A stretch of 64,000 bases of DNA, from contig NC_045697.1 of NCBI RefSeq assembly GCF_009834535.1, forward strand, positions 32,552,001 to 32,616,000, in the 5' to 3' direction. This document shows positions 26,471 through 39,180 of the stretch, one piece after another. Numbering within the stretch: position 1 is the stretch's first letter; each line of letters opens with the position of its first letter. Made by a program: the position numbers and the translations under genes. The notes under the pieces are model-generated. The model saw nothing but the letters and a program-made list of their open reading frames with translations, was not told the DNA's origin and did not search any database. The stretch is from Camelus ferus. Taxonomy: Eukaryota.

Positions 26471-26892
26471 ACATAATGCCATTTGCAGCAACATGGATGT
26501 TCCTGGAGAATGTCATTCTAAGTAAAGTAAGCCAGAAAGAGAAAGAGAAATACCGTATGAGATCGCTCATATGTGGAATCTAAAAAAACAAAACATAAAT
26601 ACAAAACAGAAACAGACTCAGACATAGAATACAAACTTGTGGTTGCCAAAGGGGCGTGGGGTGAGAAGGGACAGACTGGGATTTCAAAATGTAGAATAGA
26701 TAAACAAGATTATACTGTATAGCACAGGGGAATATATATAAGATCTTATGGTAGCTCACAGTGAAAAAAAATTTGACAATGAATATATGTATGTTCATAT
26801 ATAACCGAAAAATTGTGCTCTACACTGGAATTTGACACAACATTGTAAAATGGCTATAACTCAATAAAAATGTTAAAAAAGAAAAAAAAGAG
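24697..26892 (+). mobile_element. Young 5'-truncated L1 (ORF2 RT to C-terminus, 3' UTR, poly(A)) with perfect 18-bp TSD
   Basis: TSD aaaaaattaaccactgca at 24679-24696 and 26893-26910, preceded by TT (endonuclease site); ORF2 motifs [58 protein letters not shown]. Confidence 0.97.
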
Positions 26893-27019
26893 AAAAAATT
26901 AACCACTGCATTTACTGCTAAATTTTTATTTAGAATTATTTTGTATTATTTTTATTGTTTTATCCCACCTATGTTCTACATATAATATAAAATAATCATC
27001 AGATTTATTTTTTTAAACA

Positions 27020-27250
27020 CATCCTATTCACTAGGCACAATACTGGATGCTTTACACTTACTGATCATTTAGTCTTTACAAAAACCTTGAGGGATTTAAA
27101 TCCCTAACTTAATGATGGTGAAACCCAAGGTTATAAAATATCTTTATTGTGTTCAGTAAGTAACTAGACCTTCTGCAAGAATTGAAATCTGAGACCAAGT
27201 TTGCTTTATACTTATGTCCATATTTCTCCATCAGTAACATTGCCTCCAGT
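27020..27250 (-). mobile_element. MIR SINE
   Basis: ctaggcacaatactggatgctttaca...catttagtctttacaaaaacc...gatggtgaaaccc. Confidence 0.6.
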
Positions 27251-28964
27251 GTATTTTAGTTCAGTTTTTAAGGAAGAAATTGCTTCACTAAAACTATTAT
27301 TTCACAATTTGCTGCCCACTCTCATGCCTGTTGTAGGTGATTAGAAACATTTATGTGGCTGAAAATGAACAATGTGGGAAAAATACCATGTAAACTTTGG
27401 GGGCTTCTAAGTTGCTTTTTGAAACCTTACCATTACGAGTTTGTCTGAAAGTTCTCTCTCTGTATAAGTTTTACTTTGACACATTACCTTATATACAAAA
27501 AGAGGTATTTGACAAGATGGAGCACAGAGCCACTTTTGAGATGTTATTTTTGAGTTACTATTCTGCAAATCATTCATGTTAATAAACAGATTTGCAGAAT
27601 ATGGTTGAGGTTCTTATAGTCCATACTTCCCTATGTTATGGTCTGCACATCCTGTTTAAAATAGATAATGTGCCCCTACGTGCACATACACATTTGATAT
27701 ATGCCAATAGAACATGAGATAACACAACATTGAATAACACAATATCCAGCCTTTCAAATTGTGAACCTTTGTAAGCAAGGACATAGACCAAATTCATAAT
27801 TAAAAGAGATTATGCTCTTTGTAAGATATTCTTAACTTTGACTGTGAATGCAAGTCTGTAACATCACAGTTGTGACAGTGGTAACTATCATTGACAAAGT
27901 TTCTCTGCTGCTCCAAGTCCAGCCAACTGCTCTTTGCCTCAGCACCTTCCTTGCTCACTGGTGACGGTGAAGCAGGAGCATCCCTTTCTGGAACCACTCA
28001 GTAAAGTAAGTGGTGAGGGACACTTTAGTTAACAGGAAGTCAAGGTTCTGCAATATCCAGAAAAGGCTGTGTTATAATATCCTCGGTCAATTACTACAGA
28101 TAGGTTTGTCTTCCTATCATTAAAAATTACCCTCTTGTTTGACTTTTTCAGGTGCAGTTTTTCAGGAGGTCACTAGACCCCTGAATATTGCAGTTAAGGA
28201 CAAAAAGGTGCAGTTAGTGAGACTCAGAGAGTCTGAAGAGCACAATGTAAATCGGAAACTTATCTGTAGTGACTCTATGTCTTTTATTACAAATAATTTT
28301 TCAGTGAAAATAATAAATCTTTTCTTGGGTAAGTGACAGATGGTTTAGAATGGCAAATTGGCTTTCAGTAAGTCCATAAGAGGAAAACAATCTTGTGTGT
28401 TTCAAAAGGGTAACAACAAGTCAAATACTAAGATTTGGATCTAATTCCTCAGCAGCTGGACTATGAGTGAATATTCTTGATCTAATGTCTTTTAGAAAAT
28501 TCTCTTTGGGAAGATGTGTTGTGAATCTTATTTCAAAGAAAGTCTGATTAATTTTCCATATGCTGTGCAAAATTGCTTTTGGTTACTAAGCTTCTCTGCA
28601 TATGAAATAAGTATGTGTATGTGTGCACCTGTTTGTGTAAATTGATGAAGAAAATATAACCACAAGTCCAGGAGCTTAAATGTTCTTATTTACATGGTAA
28701 TATTATGGAGCATATTTTTATTCCTTTTACTTAATCCTATTTTGCAAAATGAGAAGGTTCAAGAAAAATAAGAACTTCAATCTTGATTTATACCAATAAA
28801 TTTGGCTATTTATTTTCTCCTATCAAAATTAACAGAAACTAAATAGTTAATGGACAAAATGAAACAAATTCCTCTCTAATGGTTCTTCTGTAATGGACTT
28901 CTGACTGTCACTCTTTCATTATGTTTCCATTTGGTTCTGAATTACAGAAAATCCTATTACTGTG

Positions 28965-29260
28965 ACTTATACTAATTATAGGCTTGTATTTCTCACACAA
29001 AGAAATTCAGAAGGTTATCCAGAGCTAGTGTGACTTAACAATGCTTGTCAACTTGGTATTCTTTATCTTCCTGGATTCACTAATTTTAGCCTGTGATTTT
29101 GGCTGTCATGATCACAGGATTATTGAAGAGCATGTCTCAATTAAATTAAGAAAAAGGGGAAGTAGTGAAGGAAGATAGATCCTGCCTGGAGTGCTTCATG
29201 TGGCTGATCATAGCTGCAAGGGAGTCTTGGACCATAAGCATCTTAGTTTTACTGCTTTGT
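28965..29260 (-). mobile_element. Old MLT1-type MaLR LTR fragment
   Basis: tatttctcacacaaagaaattcagaagg; tcatgtggctgatcatagctgcaagggagtcttgg. Confidence 0.45.
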
Positions 29261-30479
29261 TAATAGAAGACAAAGGAAATTAATTTGAACATAGCTTTTG
29301 AGAAGTCCATAGTTATTAAGTAAAATGCTATCCTATTAATTAGAAGAGAATGAGTCATTTAAGAAGACAATTGAGCATTAGGCTAAAATGAAACTTGCTC
29401 CCTAGTCAATGTGGAAAAATGATTTTATCTTATTCCTGGCTATGGTAGTAAACCATATATTTGCTTAGGTTTGCCTTTTCTTTATTTTGAAACCTCATGT
29501 CTGTTATAGAATCATAATAGCTAAATTTTTAATTCCTAAAAAAAAAAAATTCACCACCAATATTCATTTTTGTATTTCCCCCAGAGCATAGCATTGCTCA
29601 GCATATGAACAGATAACCAGTAACACTGATCAATTAAATTAATGAATATTTTAACCTTTCTTAAAATATCAGAAATAACTACTTAAGGTGGTTTGGAGGA
29701 GAAATTTTATTTACTACAGCTATCATATTATTAACATAATTTAGTTAATAATATTGGGAACTTTAGTAATATATGAGTAATATTTTATATTTACACTAAA
29801 ATAATACATTGAAAATTACATTTTTGGATATACTTACTCTTGTCATTTCACTCCATCTTTTCTTGCTACTCAAAATAGACCTACTAGTTATTAGCTATTA
29901 CTGGCTTCACAGACAAGAGATTAATTTTTGATCTTTCCATGTCATTATTGTGCCAACCTGCCCAATTTAATTCCAGCTCCAGGACATGAAGGTATAGGCT
30001 GTACTGATTGAAAAATTAGGAGTAATTTTTTGCATTAAAATCCTAAGTGAGAGTTACTAGAAAGGTTTAAAGGAAGGATGAATGAGGATTGGATACTTTT
30101 AAATGCTCACGTATCCCCTACATTATTTAGTGTGAGAGGCCCAGGCACAATGCTCTTAGAAAATGCACATCCCTACATTTAAACTCATTAGAACCCATCT
30201 TAGCACTGTAGTAACAACTACTAAACTACTGCTTCTGCCTTCTCGCTTTTACTGATGAATGGAATCATAAGATGCTAGAATATCAAGATAAAGATAAATG
30301 ATTTAGATACAGGATCTGGGATAGATCGAGTTGACAGTTTGCTTTAGCTTCTGACTTAGGTTACTCATGTTATATTTGATTGAGGCAAAAATGATCTGAA
30401 AGGGAAGGTAATGGAAGACTCTGTTAGAGCTCCCTGAGGTATCTGATTTTATTCTGTTTAGGGGAACGTGTCCCTGGGA

Positions 30480-30812
30480 AATGACCATGGCTGTGTGATT
30501 TGTGTTGGCCAATGAAACATGAACCTGAAATGACATGTATACTTTCTGAAGGGAAGTATTTAAGAGTCATGAATGATTATCTGTGCACACTTCCTCTGCC
30601 ACCGCAATAGTGAAAGCACATGTTAATATGTAATGCCATGAAATTAAAGCAGCCTGGAATGATGAGTCAAAACTTACAAGACAGCTGCTCTGGGGAGTCA
30701 TCCAGACACACAGGAGAATGCACGATTGAGAAAGAAACTTTACTTAAAAGTTTCTTATCTTTTGGTGATGTTGTTACTGTGGTATGATTAAGCCTATGTT
30801 GGCTGATTCTCA
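30480..30812 (+). mobile_element. MLT1I/J-like MaLR LTR
   Basis: ggctgtgtgatttgtgttggccaatgaaa, gaagtatttaagagtca, tgttgttactgtggtatgattaagccta. Confidence 0.65.
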
Positions 30813-31197
30813 AAAATAATAAGTGATTTTAAAATATCATTTATTTTACTAATAAAATTTAAAGTGAGGGATAAAATCTAAGCTTAGTATTGGGAAGCAA
30901 ATAGGCCTTTTAAAATAACCTCAAAAATAGGCAACCTCCTCCCTCCTTCAAGCCACAGATCAAGCTGAAATCCCTACCTGGAATACCTTCTCAGGAAAGG
31001 ACTAAGGAATGGGGCGATCGTGAGAAATTCTGGACCTTGTCGCAGATGCACTACCAAAAAGGAGAAGAGAGGAACCCAGTTGACATGACCCGTTTATTGT
31101 TACCACATTTTCTAGTCAGACAAAATCATTTCACCTCCCCTGGGATTAAGAGAATAAGGGGCAGAGAGGCCAGGAATGTACCACCAGTTCTACTGGT

Positions 31198-31258
31198 TAA
31201 AAAAACAAAACAAAACAAAACAACAACAGCAAAAAAACAAAAACAAAAACAAAAACAA
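31198..31258. repeat. (CAAAA)n/(CAAAAA)n A-rich repeat
   Basis: read directly. Confidence 0.9.
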
Positions 31259-31319
31259 GATGGGAAAGAAGACTTTCGCCTGTTGCCCTGCAAGACTCCA
31301 TCCGGTCCCTACCCTCTGC

Positions 31320-31650
31320 TCCAGTCACACATTGCATTCCTGTATTTAATCCCGGAGGCATATGAACATGCTATTTCCTTTCAACTGAACAGTCTTCTGT
31401 TCTCTCTTATCCAGTCATCTTTTATTCATCATTCCAGTCTCAACTCAATAGCTGTTTCCCCAGCTAAACCTTCTTTGCCTCCTTAACTGGATCAATTTTC
31501 TTTATTAAAAGCTCTTTTATTGCATCTTATATATTTACTACGTTTATGATTTTATATTTATCGTGTAATTACTTTTAGTAATGCCTGTATCCCTAACAAG
31601 ATTATAAACTGAATGATACTATGCCTGTTTTGTTCATCATTTATTCTCTG
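31320..31650 (+). mobile_element. L2 3' fragment
   Basis: ccagtcacac...catgctatttcctttc...agtctcaactcaatag...gcctgttttgttcatca. Confidence 0.55.
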
Positions 31651-31773
31651 TGTCTTGCATGGTAGAGCTGTCTTTTCTTTTTCGCTTTCCTTCTCTCTCC
31701 CTCTCTACTCTTCTTGCTTCTCATCCATCATCTTCTTCTCTTCCTCCTCCTCCTTATTTTTCTTTTCTCCATC

Positions 31774-31812
31774 TCTATCTATCTATCTATCTACCTATCT
31801 ATCCACATACAT
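31774..31812. repeat. (TCTA)n microsatellite
   Basis: tctatctatctatctatctacctatctatcc. Confidence 0.9.
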
Positions 31813-32199
31813 CCACATTTCTACATATATGCAAATACTCACAAAATATACAAATACACACAATACACATTGTGTATACATTATATATTTATATATACAA
31901 AATGTGTGTAAAATGTATACAGAATGTACATTAGCCAGATATTTTAAAGAGATACATTCATAATTATACAGGTGAGAAATATTTGGAAGATAGATGAAGT
32001 GTCTAAAAGCAATGTGAATAAAATAACTGGTAAATATCAAGTGATGTAGTGGAATAAAGATGTGAAATTAAACAGTTAGAAAGTAAACTAAAAAGGAATA
32101 TTCATCTGGCCAGGGCACTCATTTTGCCTGTAAGTGAGAGCACTTTGTTGAACAGGAAGCAAAGTTTCATGGTGGTGACTCAGATTTGTATGTACAGCC

Positions 32200-32642
32200 C
32201 ATGTTAAAGTATAAGTTAAGTGGCTACAACAAAAAAAAACCCCACAGAATATAATAAATGAAAACATGTATTTCCTTCATACCTACTTCCAGGTGTGGGT
32301 GGGACAGGTTGGTAGGATGGCTCTACTCCATAAAATCATCTAGGAATACTAATTTCTTTCATCTTTTTCAGTCAGGCTACCTTTTATTGTCACTATATGG
32401 TCAAGGCTGAGTCACTGTCGTGATATTCAGGCCCTGTGTAAGGAGGCAAGAGTTTAAGTCCAAGAAAACAGATTTCATTTTAATTGAGTGACCCAGAATT
32501 ACCCACTGTATGTGTGTATTAACCATGACAAGTTTCAGGGAGGTTGGGGAACATTCTCTCTGGGGTAGCCAGACAGTTAAAACTCTTTTACTAAGGTAGA
32601 AATATATAATAATTTTGTGGAATAATAAATCATCTGCCACAC
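32200..32642 (-). mobile_element. MLT1K/L-like MaLR LTR
   Basis: gctacaacaaaaa...tctactccataaaatcatctagg...tgacaagtttcagggaggttgggga...tctgccaca end. Confidence 0.5.
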
Positions 32643-33229
32643 AGCTTACATAGGAAAGGTACTTCTGACTGTAAGAGCCACAGCATTATTTTAAATATTG
32701 ATTCTATTACCTTTTTAATTTTTTTCAGAAAGTTATTTGGTTGGAAGATTTTTTAAAGTTTGGCTTCTTTCTTAAGAAATTCATTTTTATTTCAGAAATG
32801 TAAATGCTTTTGCAATTTCATAATGCAATTTAATGGAGAATATAGGAATTCAGGAACAGAATTGTTCATATAAAACTTGGGTTAATCCTATTTCATTAAA
32901 GAAGGGTACTTTAAAAAGCAAGCAAACAATGACATTTTAAAAAAAGTTTAAATACATTAGAAGTGAATTTTGATTTCCTTAAGATACCTAACAGCACAGG
33001 TTTTCAAATTCGTTACATGATTTTGAAGAGAAGTCTGAGGGGTCACTGTGTGTATGTGTGTGTGTTTGGGGCAAGGGAGTGTAGCTGTTCTGAAGGAAAC
33101 TGAGAAGACTGAGTTCTGAATTTCTCCCTGAGGTTTTAATTAGTGCAAATAGAACTACTAGGAACATTGGTAGATACATTCACATGTTCATTTATATATA
33201 TTATATACACATATTTCATATATATTTAT

Positions 33230-34500
33230 GTTGAGAATATACGTGGAAATAGAATTGCTGGATCATAATCATATATTCAACTTTCATGGAAACTACAAAC
33301 AGCCAGGAAATTTTCCACAGGTTTTCTGCAAATTATCCACTGAAACTCTCTGGGCCTGGAGATATTTTTTTTTTGGAAGCTTTTATGTTTCAGAATCAAT
33401 TTCCTTAATATTTATGAAACTATGCAGTTAATCTATTATATGGTGAGGGAGCTTTGGCAGTTTGTGTTTTTAATGAATTGGGTCATTTTCTCTAACTTTT
33501 CTAACTTACGTGCATAGAATTATTGGTAGTATTCCCTTATTTTCCTTTTAATAGATACAGGATTTATAGTTAAGTCATTATTAATTCTCTTTGTTCTTGA
33601 TAATTTTCTTTTGCTCTGAAGTCTACATTTTCTGATTTTAATATAGCCACTTCTGTGGGGTTTTTTTTCTTTTAGAGTAAAAGTAGATTTATTCAGAGAG
33701 TTGCACACTTCATAGACAGAGTGTAGGCTGTCTCAGAAGGAAAAAGAAAGGTCACGAGGTGCAGGGTTGACAGTTTTTATGGGCTCCGTAACTTCATATG
33801 CTAACAAGTGAGAATATTATTCCAAATACTTCGAGGGAGGGGCTAGGTTCCTAGGAACTGGGCTACTACCCACTTTTTGACCTTTTATGGTTACCCTCCG
33901 AACTGTAGGAATTCCATTTATCATGCTGACATATTGTAATGAAGCTCAGGGTCTACTGGAAGTCAAATCTCCTGCCATCTTGGGCCTCCACATCTACTGC
34001 GAGTTGAATCTCCCACCATCTTGGTGTAACTGCTGCGTCCTTCCTTTACTGGTTGTGCCTGGCCCCCTTCCCTCCTGTCTCACCTGCACCTCCCCCCAAA
34101 AACAAGGAAAACATGAGGATGTCACTTCTGCAATAAGGCAAAAATAGAAAAGAAAATATAAAAACATGAAATTCTCACAGGATGCAAAATCAGACAAATT
34201 GGTGTATGATTACCTATGAGAAAGCATGCGGTGAGAACCATGGTGTTTAAGATTTATCTGAAGGGGCTTTGAAAGTTTCGTTTTCTTGCCTTAAGGTTAG
34301 GAGTAGATAAACATCAAACCAAAAAAAATTTTTTAAAAGCTTTTATATTTTCTTCTTCTAACACATATCAATGTTTAATGAATTCCACTTCTGTGTTTTT
34401 TTAAATTCACTTTTGCATGGTATACTTTTTTATCTTTTTACTTTCAAACTGTTTATATCATTATATTTGAAGTGAAATTCTTTTAAATATGGTTTAGCAT
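33230..34500 (-). mobile_element. Old L1 fragment (host of the ERV retrocopy)
   Basis: ccactgaaactctctgggcctgg; tctgattttaatatagccact continues after the insert as ttttgcatggtatactttt...tttactttcaa. Confidence 0.7.
33658..34384 (-). mobile_element. ERV1-type (MER41-like) LTR U3-R plus ~300 nt internal sequence, polyadenylated, with TSD
   Basis: LTR starts TGAGACAGGAGGG at 34082 (minus) after purine-rich ggggggaggtgcagg; AATAAA at 33693-33688; A tail 33673-33661; flanking repeat ccacttctgtg at 33647-33657 and 34385-34395. Confidence 0.8.
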
Positions 34501-35687
34501 GGGGCTCCTTTTGGATACCACATTCATTTTTAAAATAGTTCTTTCCAGTAAATGGGGCAGGATATAAAACCAATTCCACCAGTTTTGCACACAGCAACAC
34601 AGGCATCAGTCTGAAAGTGTAGTATGTGCTTTATGGACCTACAAGAAGTGGGAGCTATTCACAGGCATTTTCTAATTTAGTGCAAAAAAGTAGCATTCCT
34701 TAAGAATTCAACTGATGATACATCTTATTGAAAGCTTAAATGTAAACAGAGGCATAAGCTGAGCTTCAAAAATTCTGGAAATCAGTCATTAGTGAATTTC
34801 ACTACAGTAAGGTAAAATGCAAGGATAATATGGGACACAGAAGAGGATCAATTTTATGACTGATAAAAACTCGAAGGAAAAAAAAAAAAACAATTCCCTT
34901 AGGATCATTGTAATAGTTGTTTGGAAGAAAAGTTTTCAGATAGAAATCTTTAGATACTTTGTATCTGTATTCATAGCCAATAACTACCTTAAATTTTTAG
35001 CCTTAGTTACAAAGGATTATGTTAATTGTGCTTCACAGAGCACACTGTTTACTACTGATTCATACAAGAGCGATCTTCTGTGTATTCATGTGTGTATGCA
35101 TGCATCCATGCATCTGCATACCTATGTATCTATCTCTTCTTCCTCTGCCTTATCCAATCCTGTGAATGATATTTTCATTCTGTTAATACTACATTTTGGT
35201 AAAAATTGTGAATTTTATAAAGTTTATTTTATCAGTATCTTCTGTTTAGAAATGTTTACTTATATATTATGGCAATACAATTAGGCTAAATTCTTTATAT
35301 GGTTCTCTGAACACTATTTAGGTGAGGTTCTAATATTTTGTTTTCACTGCAAAGCTCTCTGTTAGATAATTTATCTGGGAACTCTCACATTACAGATAAA
35401 GAATAGGTGCATCCCAGCTAATAATTCTAGCCAAGATTCTTTCAGGTAAAGATAGCAAAATAAATACGCACTATCCATTACCTATGGTTCTTAACATTTA
35501 ATTATGAACAGAAAGTTGGATTCCTAGGTCCAACACAAAATAACTAGATATTACATACTCTTCAAAGTGATTCATGTGCGTTTTCTCATTAATTATTGCA
35601 AAAATCCCATGACTTAACTTGTTATCATTACCCCCCCCCACCTTTTTTTTTTTTTTTGACAGAGAAAGCAAGTTTAAAGAGGAATTT

Positions 35688-35750
35688 CATAATCTGAATT
35701 TTTAACCAGCACTCCAGGTGATTCTAATGTAGGGGGTTAGGCACTACAGG
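35688..35750. mobile_element. MER5-like DNA transposon fragment
   Basis: aatctgaatttttaaccagcactccaggtgattctaatg. Confidence 0.5.
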
Positions 35751-38099
35751 ACATGAGTTATCTAAGTGAGAGGCATTCCCTTAATAAAGAAATGTATGAT
35801 GAATCCAAAAGAGAAAAATTCATTTTATTCTTGAACTATATTATATATTCAAGCAACTGGTAAATTATTTTTGATAAAGAATTCCCAAATTTTAGATATA
35901 ACATTTTATCATAATTTGAATATTTTAAAAACTCAGCATTGTCCTTTTTTGGGCAATACCCTAAGCTTTTTTATTCTCATTTAGAGCTGAACTGCCAAAT
36001 TGTAATGATAGCAGATTAATCTTAGAATGGTTAAATTGCTTATGAACAGGAAATGTTTACAAATCAGTTTCTAAAGCTTGATTTTTATTTAGTTTAATTT
36101 TGGGGTGAGTTCATCTTTCATTTTAAAGTTGTAGTAAGTTTTCAAATTTCATGTATTTTTTTTTTCAAGAACAAGCAAATCACTTGCATATTACTTGAAT
36201 TGGGACCTTGGTTTTTCTTCTTCAAAAAGACTGAAATTACCTGAAGAATAAAATATCCTTGTGGAGTTTCCTTTGACTCATCTTACTGCTTTTTCAGTAA
36301 AAGATTTTTCTTAAGATTTTCTTGAGTCACCAAGAGCAGGGATTCTAAGAACAAGGCTGCTGAGCATATTCAACAAGCTAAGCTGATTCAGGTCTCAGAT
36401 AATAGAGATGAACAATTTTTGTGAAGTTAATTGGAAGAGAAGACATCTGCTGCTGCTTTTGGGTAAGGGTTATTTTTAGATTTGTCATCCTGACTGGTCC
36501 TCCTTCTCAATTAAAATAGCAAAGTTAAATACTTAGGTAAACTATTTATAAAGAGGAATAAAAACAATGTTACATGCAAACACAGGAAAAATGTGTTACT
36601 TAACCTTAAAGAATACCTAAAGGATCCAATACGTCTACTGCTAGAATTAAGATGAATAAAACAAATGCCTCAAGCCTCCACAGGGGACAAATTTAGTACT
36701 CCTAATGGGAAGAGTTTCTGAAGAGGGAGCGCAAAGATTGCAGTTCAAGTTTACCACCCAAGCTTCCAATTGGAGACTCATGAAGAATGTACCCACAATT
36801 TATTGCACAGCAATCATAATATCTAGTCAAAGATATTCCCAATATTTGATGCTTAAAATGAGGTATGGTAAATGGGAGAATGTTTTTCCTGGTTCTTTGC
36901 ATGAGCAGGAACCCCATTACAACCTGCATTTTTCCTCACAACTCTTTAATATTTGCTCATATATATCTTTTCTAATTTAGCAAGCACAGAATAAAAACAA
37001 GAACACTATAGTGTCAGACTCGTTTTCACTCAGTTTCAAACACTGAATACATTCAGCGTAGCCTTACTCCTGCCTAGTCCCTGACCAAGTTTTGAAAAAC
37101 AGGGTTTTGTTTTTCCTACATTCATATTAATCTTTGATTAGTGCACATCTGGAATAAAGCTATATCTTTCTTCCCACTGAGATAAACTGTTCTCTCTAGC
37201 TTCTGTTGTGTTTTCTCATTTAATTTGTCTAGAGTTCTATTAGACCTCAAGATCAAATTCAGTTAAGAAAGCAAATTTTATGATGACAGGATATTTTAGC
37301 TTTTTATTTTCACTGCTCTATCTCCAGCAAATATAGCAATACTTTATTCATAGTAAACAACAATAAATAGTCATTGAATGAATCAACCAGTGAATACTAA
37401 TATTACTTCTCTGTGCCTTTACATTTTTGAACTAAGGTCTGACATTCTATTTATTAACTTAGGTTAGTGCTGACTTTTAGGGTTCTAGATCCCATTTCTG
37501 TCTCCCCTGAATTCTGTCTGAAGTTTTGTCCGAGACAGAATAAATAACACAAAAATATCTATCTAATATAAAACATTCCTATGAGTTGACAAACTGTTGT
37601 CACGTTTTAACCTCCAGAGTAGATACCTAAGGGCATCGACTAGCTAGAACTAAGTACAAATTTGCCTTGTTATTTTGCTGTGTATAAATTGCTGGAACTT
37701 GAAGTAGTGGAAAGAAGCTTAGTTTTGCAATAACCCATATCAGGATTCCAATACTGTCTCTGACATTGTAATTGTATTGTGTCCATAGGCAAGTTTCCTC
37801 ATTCGATTCAATAAAAAAATAATTCATTGTGTGCTCCAATTCATCAGGCAGTGTACTATAACCCAGGGTTATGAAGATGGAGTCTTTATCCTTAGAGAGT
37901 TCAGTATGTAGTAGGAGAAACAGCCACATAAGAAGACAATACAAAAAGGAGCCTTAAAATGCAGTAACAGTGACTTAACTCAGGATTGTAAGAGGTCAAA
38001 AGAGGAGAAGAGTAGCCTTGGGAACTTTCTCACTGGACTCATACCCTATGTGAAATCACCAGCAATACATAGCCCGAATATAGAAATGTCTTGCTACCT

Positions 38100-39180
38100 C
38101 CAGAGCTAGGAACCTAGTGTAGTCTAAACCATCATCACATCTTTTTTGTAAAAAAGAAGGTTCAGGTTTGTTGACTTATATTATAGTATCATCTCAACAG
38201 CCATATTAATTTTAAAAATATAAATTGTTATTTTCCTGTTAAAAATTCTCCAATAGCTTTCCATCACACTTACAATAAAAGTACTATTCCTTATCCTGGC
38301 TCACATGGCTTTGGCAGAGAATGTCTACCTGTTCACTAAACACATGTCTTCATCATGGGAATACAACTAGACACCATATCCCATGTTCCCTTGCAGTGAT
38401 GTGTGTATGTATTTATGAATGTTTTCTAGGTGATGGACTTTTAGCACAGTTTGAACTTGGAAGTAATATGTTAAAGGTGATACTATTTCTCAATACCTTA
38501 AAGACTTTATGGAGCAGTGACACTCTTCCCTCACATCATGGGGCTGTCAGGAAAACCTGGGCTAATTTTTGGATATTTCAGGTTCACCTGTGAAATCTAC
38601 TAGCATTAGCTTTACTAATACCAGGACCCGACTTCTGGTTTCTTCTCTGCCAATCTCTCTGCCAATCTCTCTGCCTCATCTCCTATTACCATTACATTTG
38701 TCCGCTCTGTCCCAGTCACATGGGTCTTACTCCTGTATTTTATGCATCCCAATTTGTTAACATTTCAGGACTTGGCACTTACTTTCTTCTCTACTTCGAG
38801 TTCTATTTCTCAAGACATGCAAATAGCCTATTGCTCACTTCTTTAAGCACTGACCAGAGTCACCTGTACAGGAAGTTTCCTTGACCACTTCCACTTTTAA
38901 AAATAGCTACTCCTTCTATCATGCTCTATCCTTTTCCCCTGCTTTATTTTTCTCCATAGAATAATATAACCTCTTCATATTATTTTATATATTTGGTATT
39001 TCTTCACTATGTAATTCCAGTTGGTGAAAATATACTATATATTTATTTACTTTTTATTTGTCTTCCTTACTAGAATGTCTTTCCATGAGCCAGGAGAATT
39101 TTCTGTGTTTACCATTTTATCCCTAGAAGAGTACTTGCATATGGTAGGCAATTAAAATATCAGTTTAATGGGTATTAAGT
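38100..39180 (+). mobile_element. L2 3' region, interrupted at ~38345-38620 by an LTR-like fragment
   Basis: ttaaaaattctccaatagctttccatcacactta; ccttgaccact; actagaatgt...ttccatgag; catatggtaggcaattaaaatat. Confidence 0.65.

Noticed and set aside
31037..31486. 149-aa ORF
   Set aside because: Runs through a (CAAAA)n repeat and L2 remnant; TTG start; no recognisable domain
31613..32040. Overlapping ORFs in several frames
   Set aside because: Artefact of pyrimidine-rich and (TCTA)n/(TA)n low-complexity sequence
34856..35284. 142-aa ORF
   Set aside because: AT-rich low-complexity composition, no recognisable homology or gene context
36705..36980. 91-aa ATG ORF
   Set aside because: No recognisable homology, no supporting promoter or acceptor; length expected by chance
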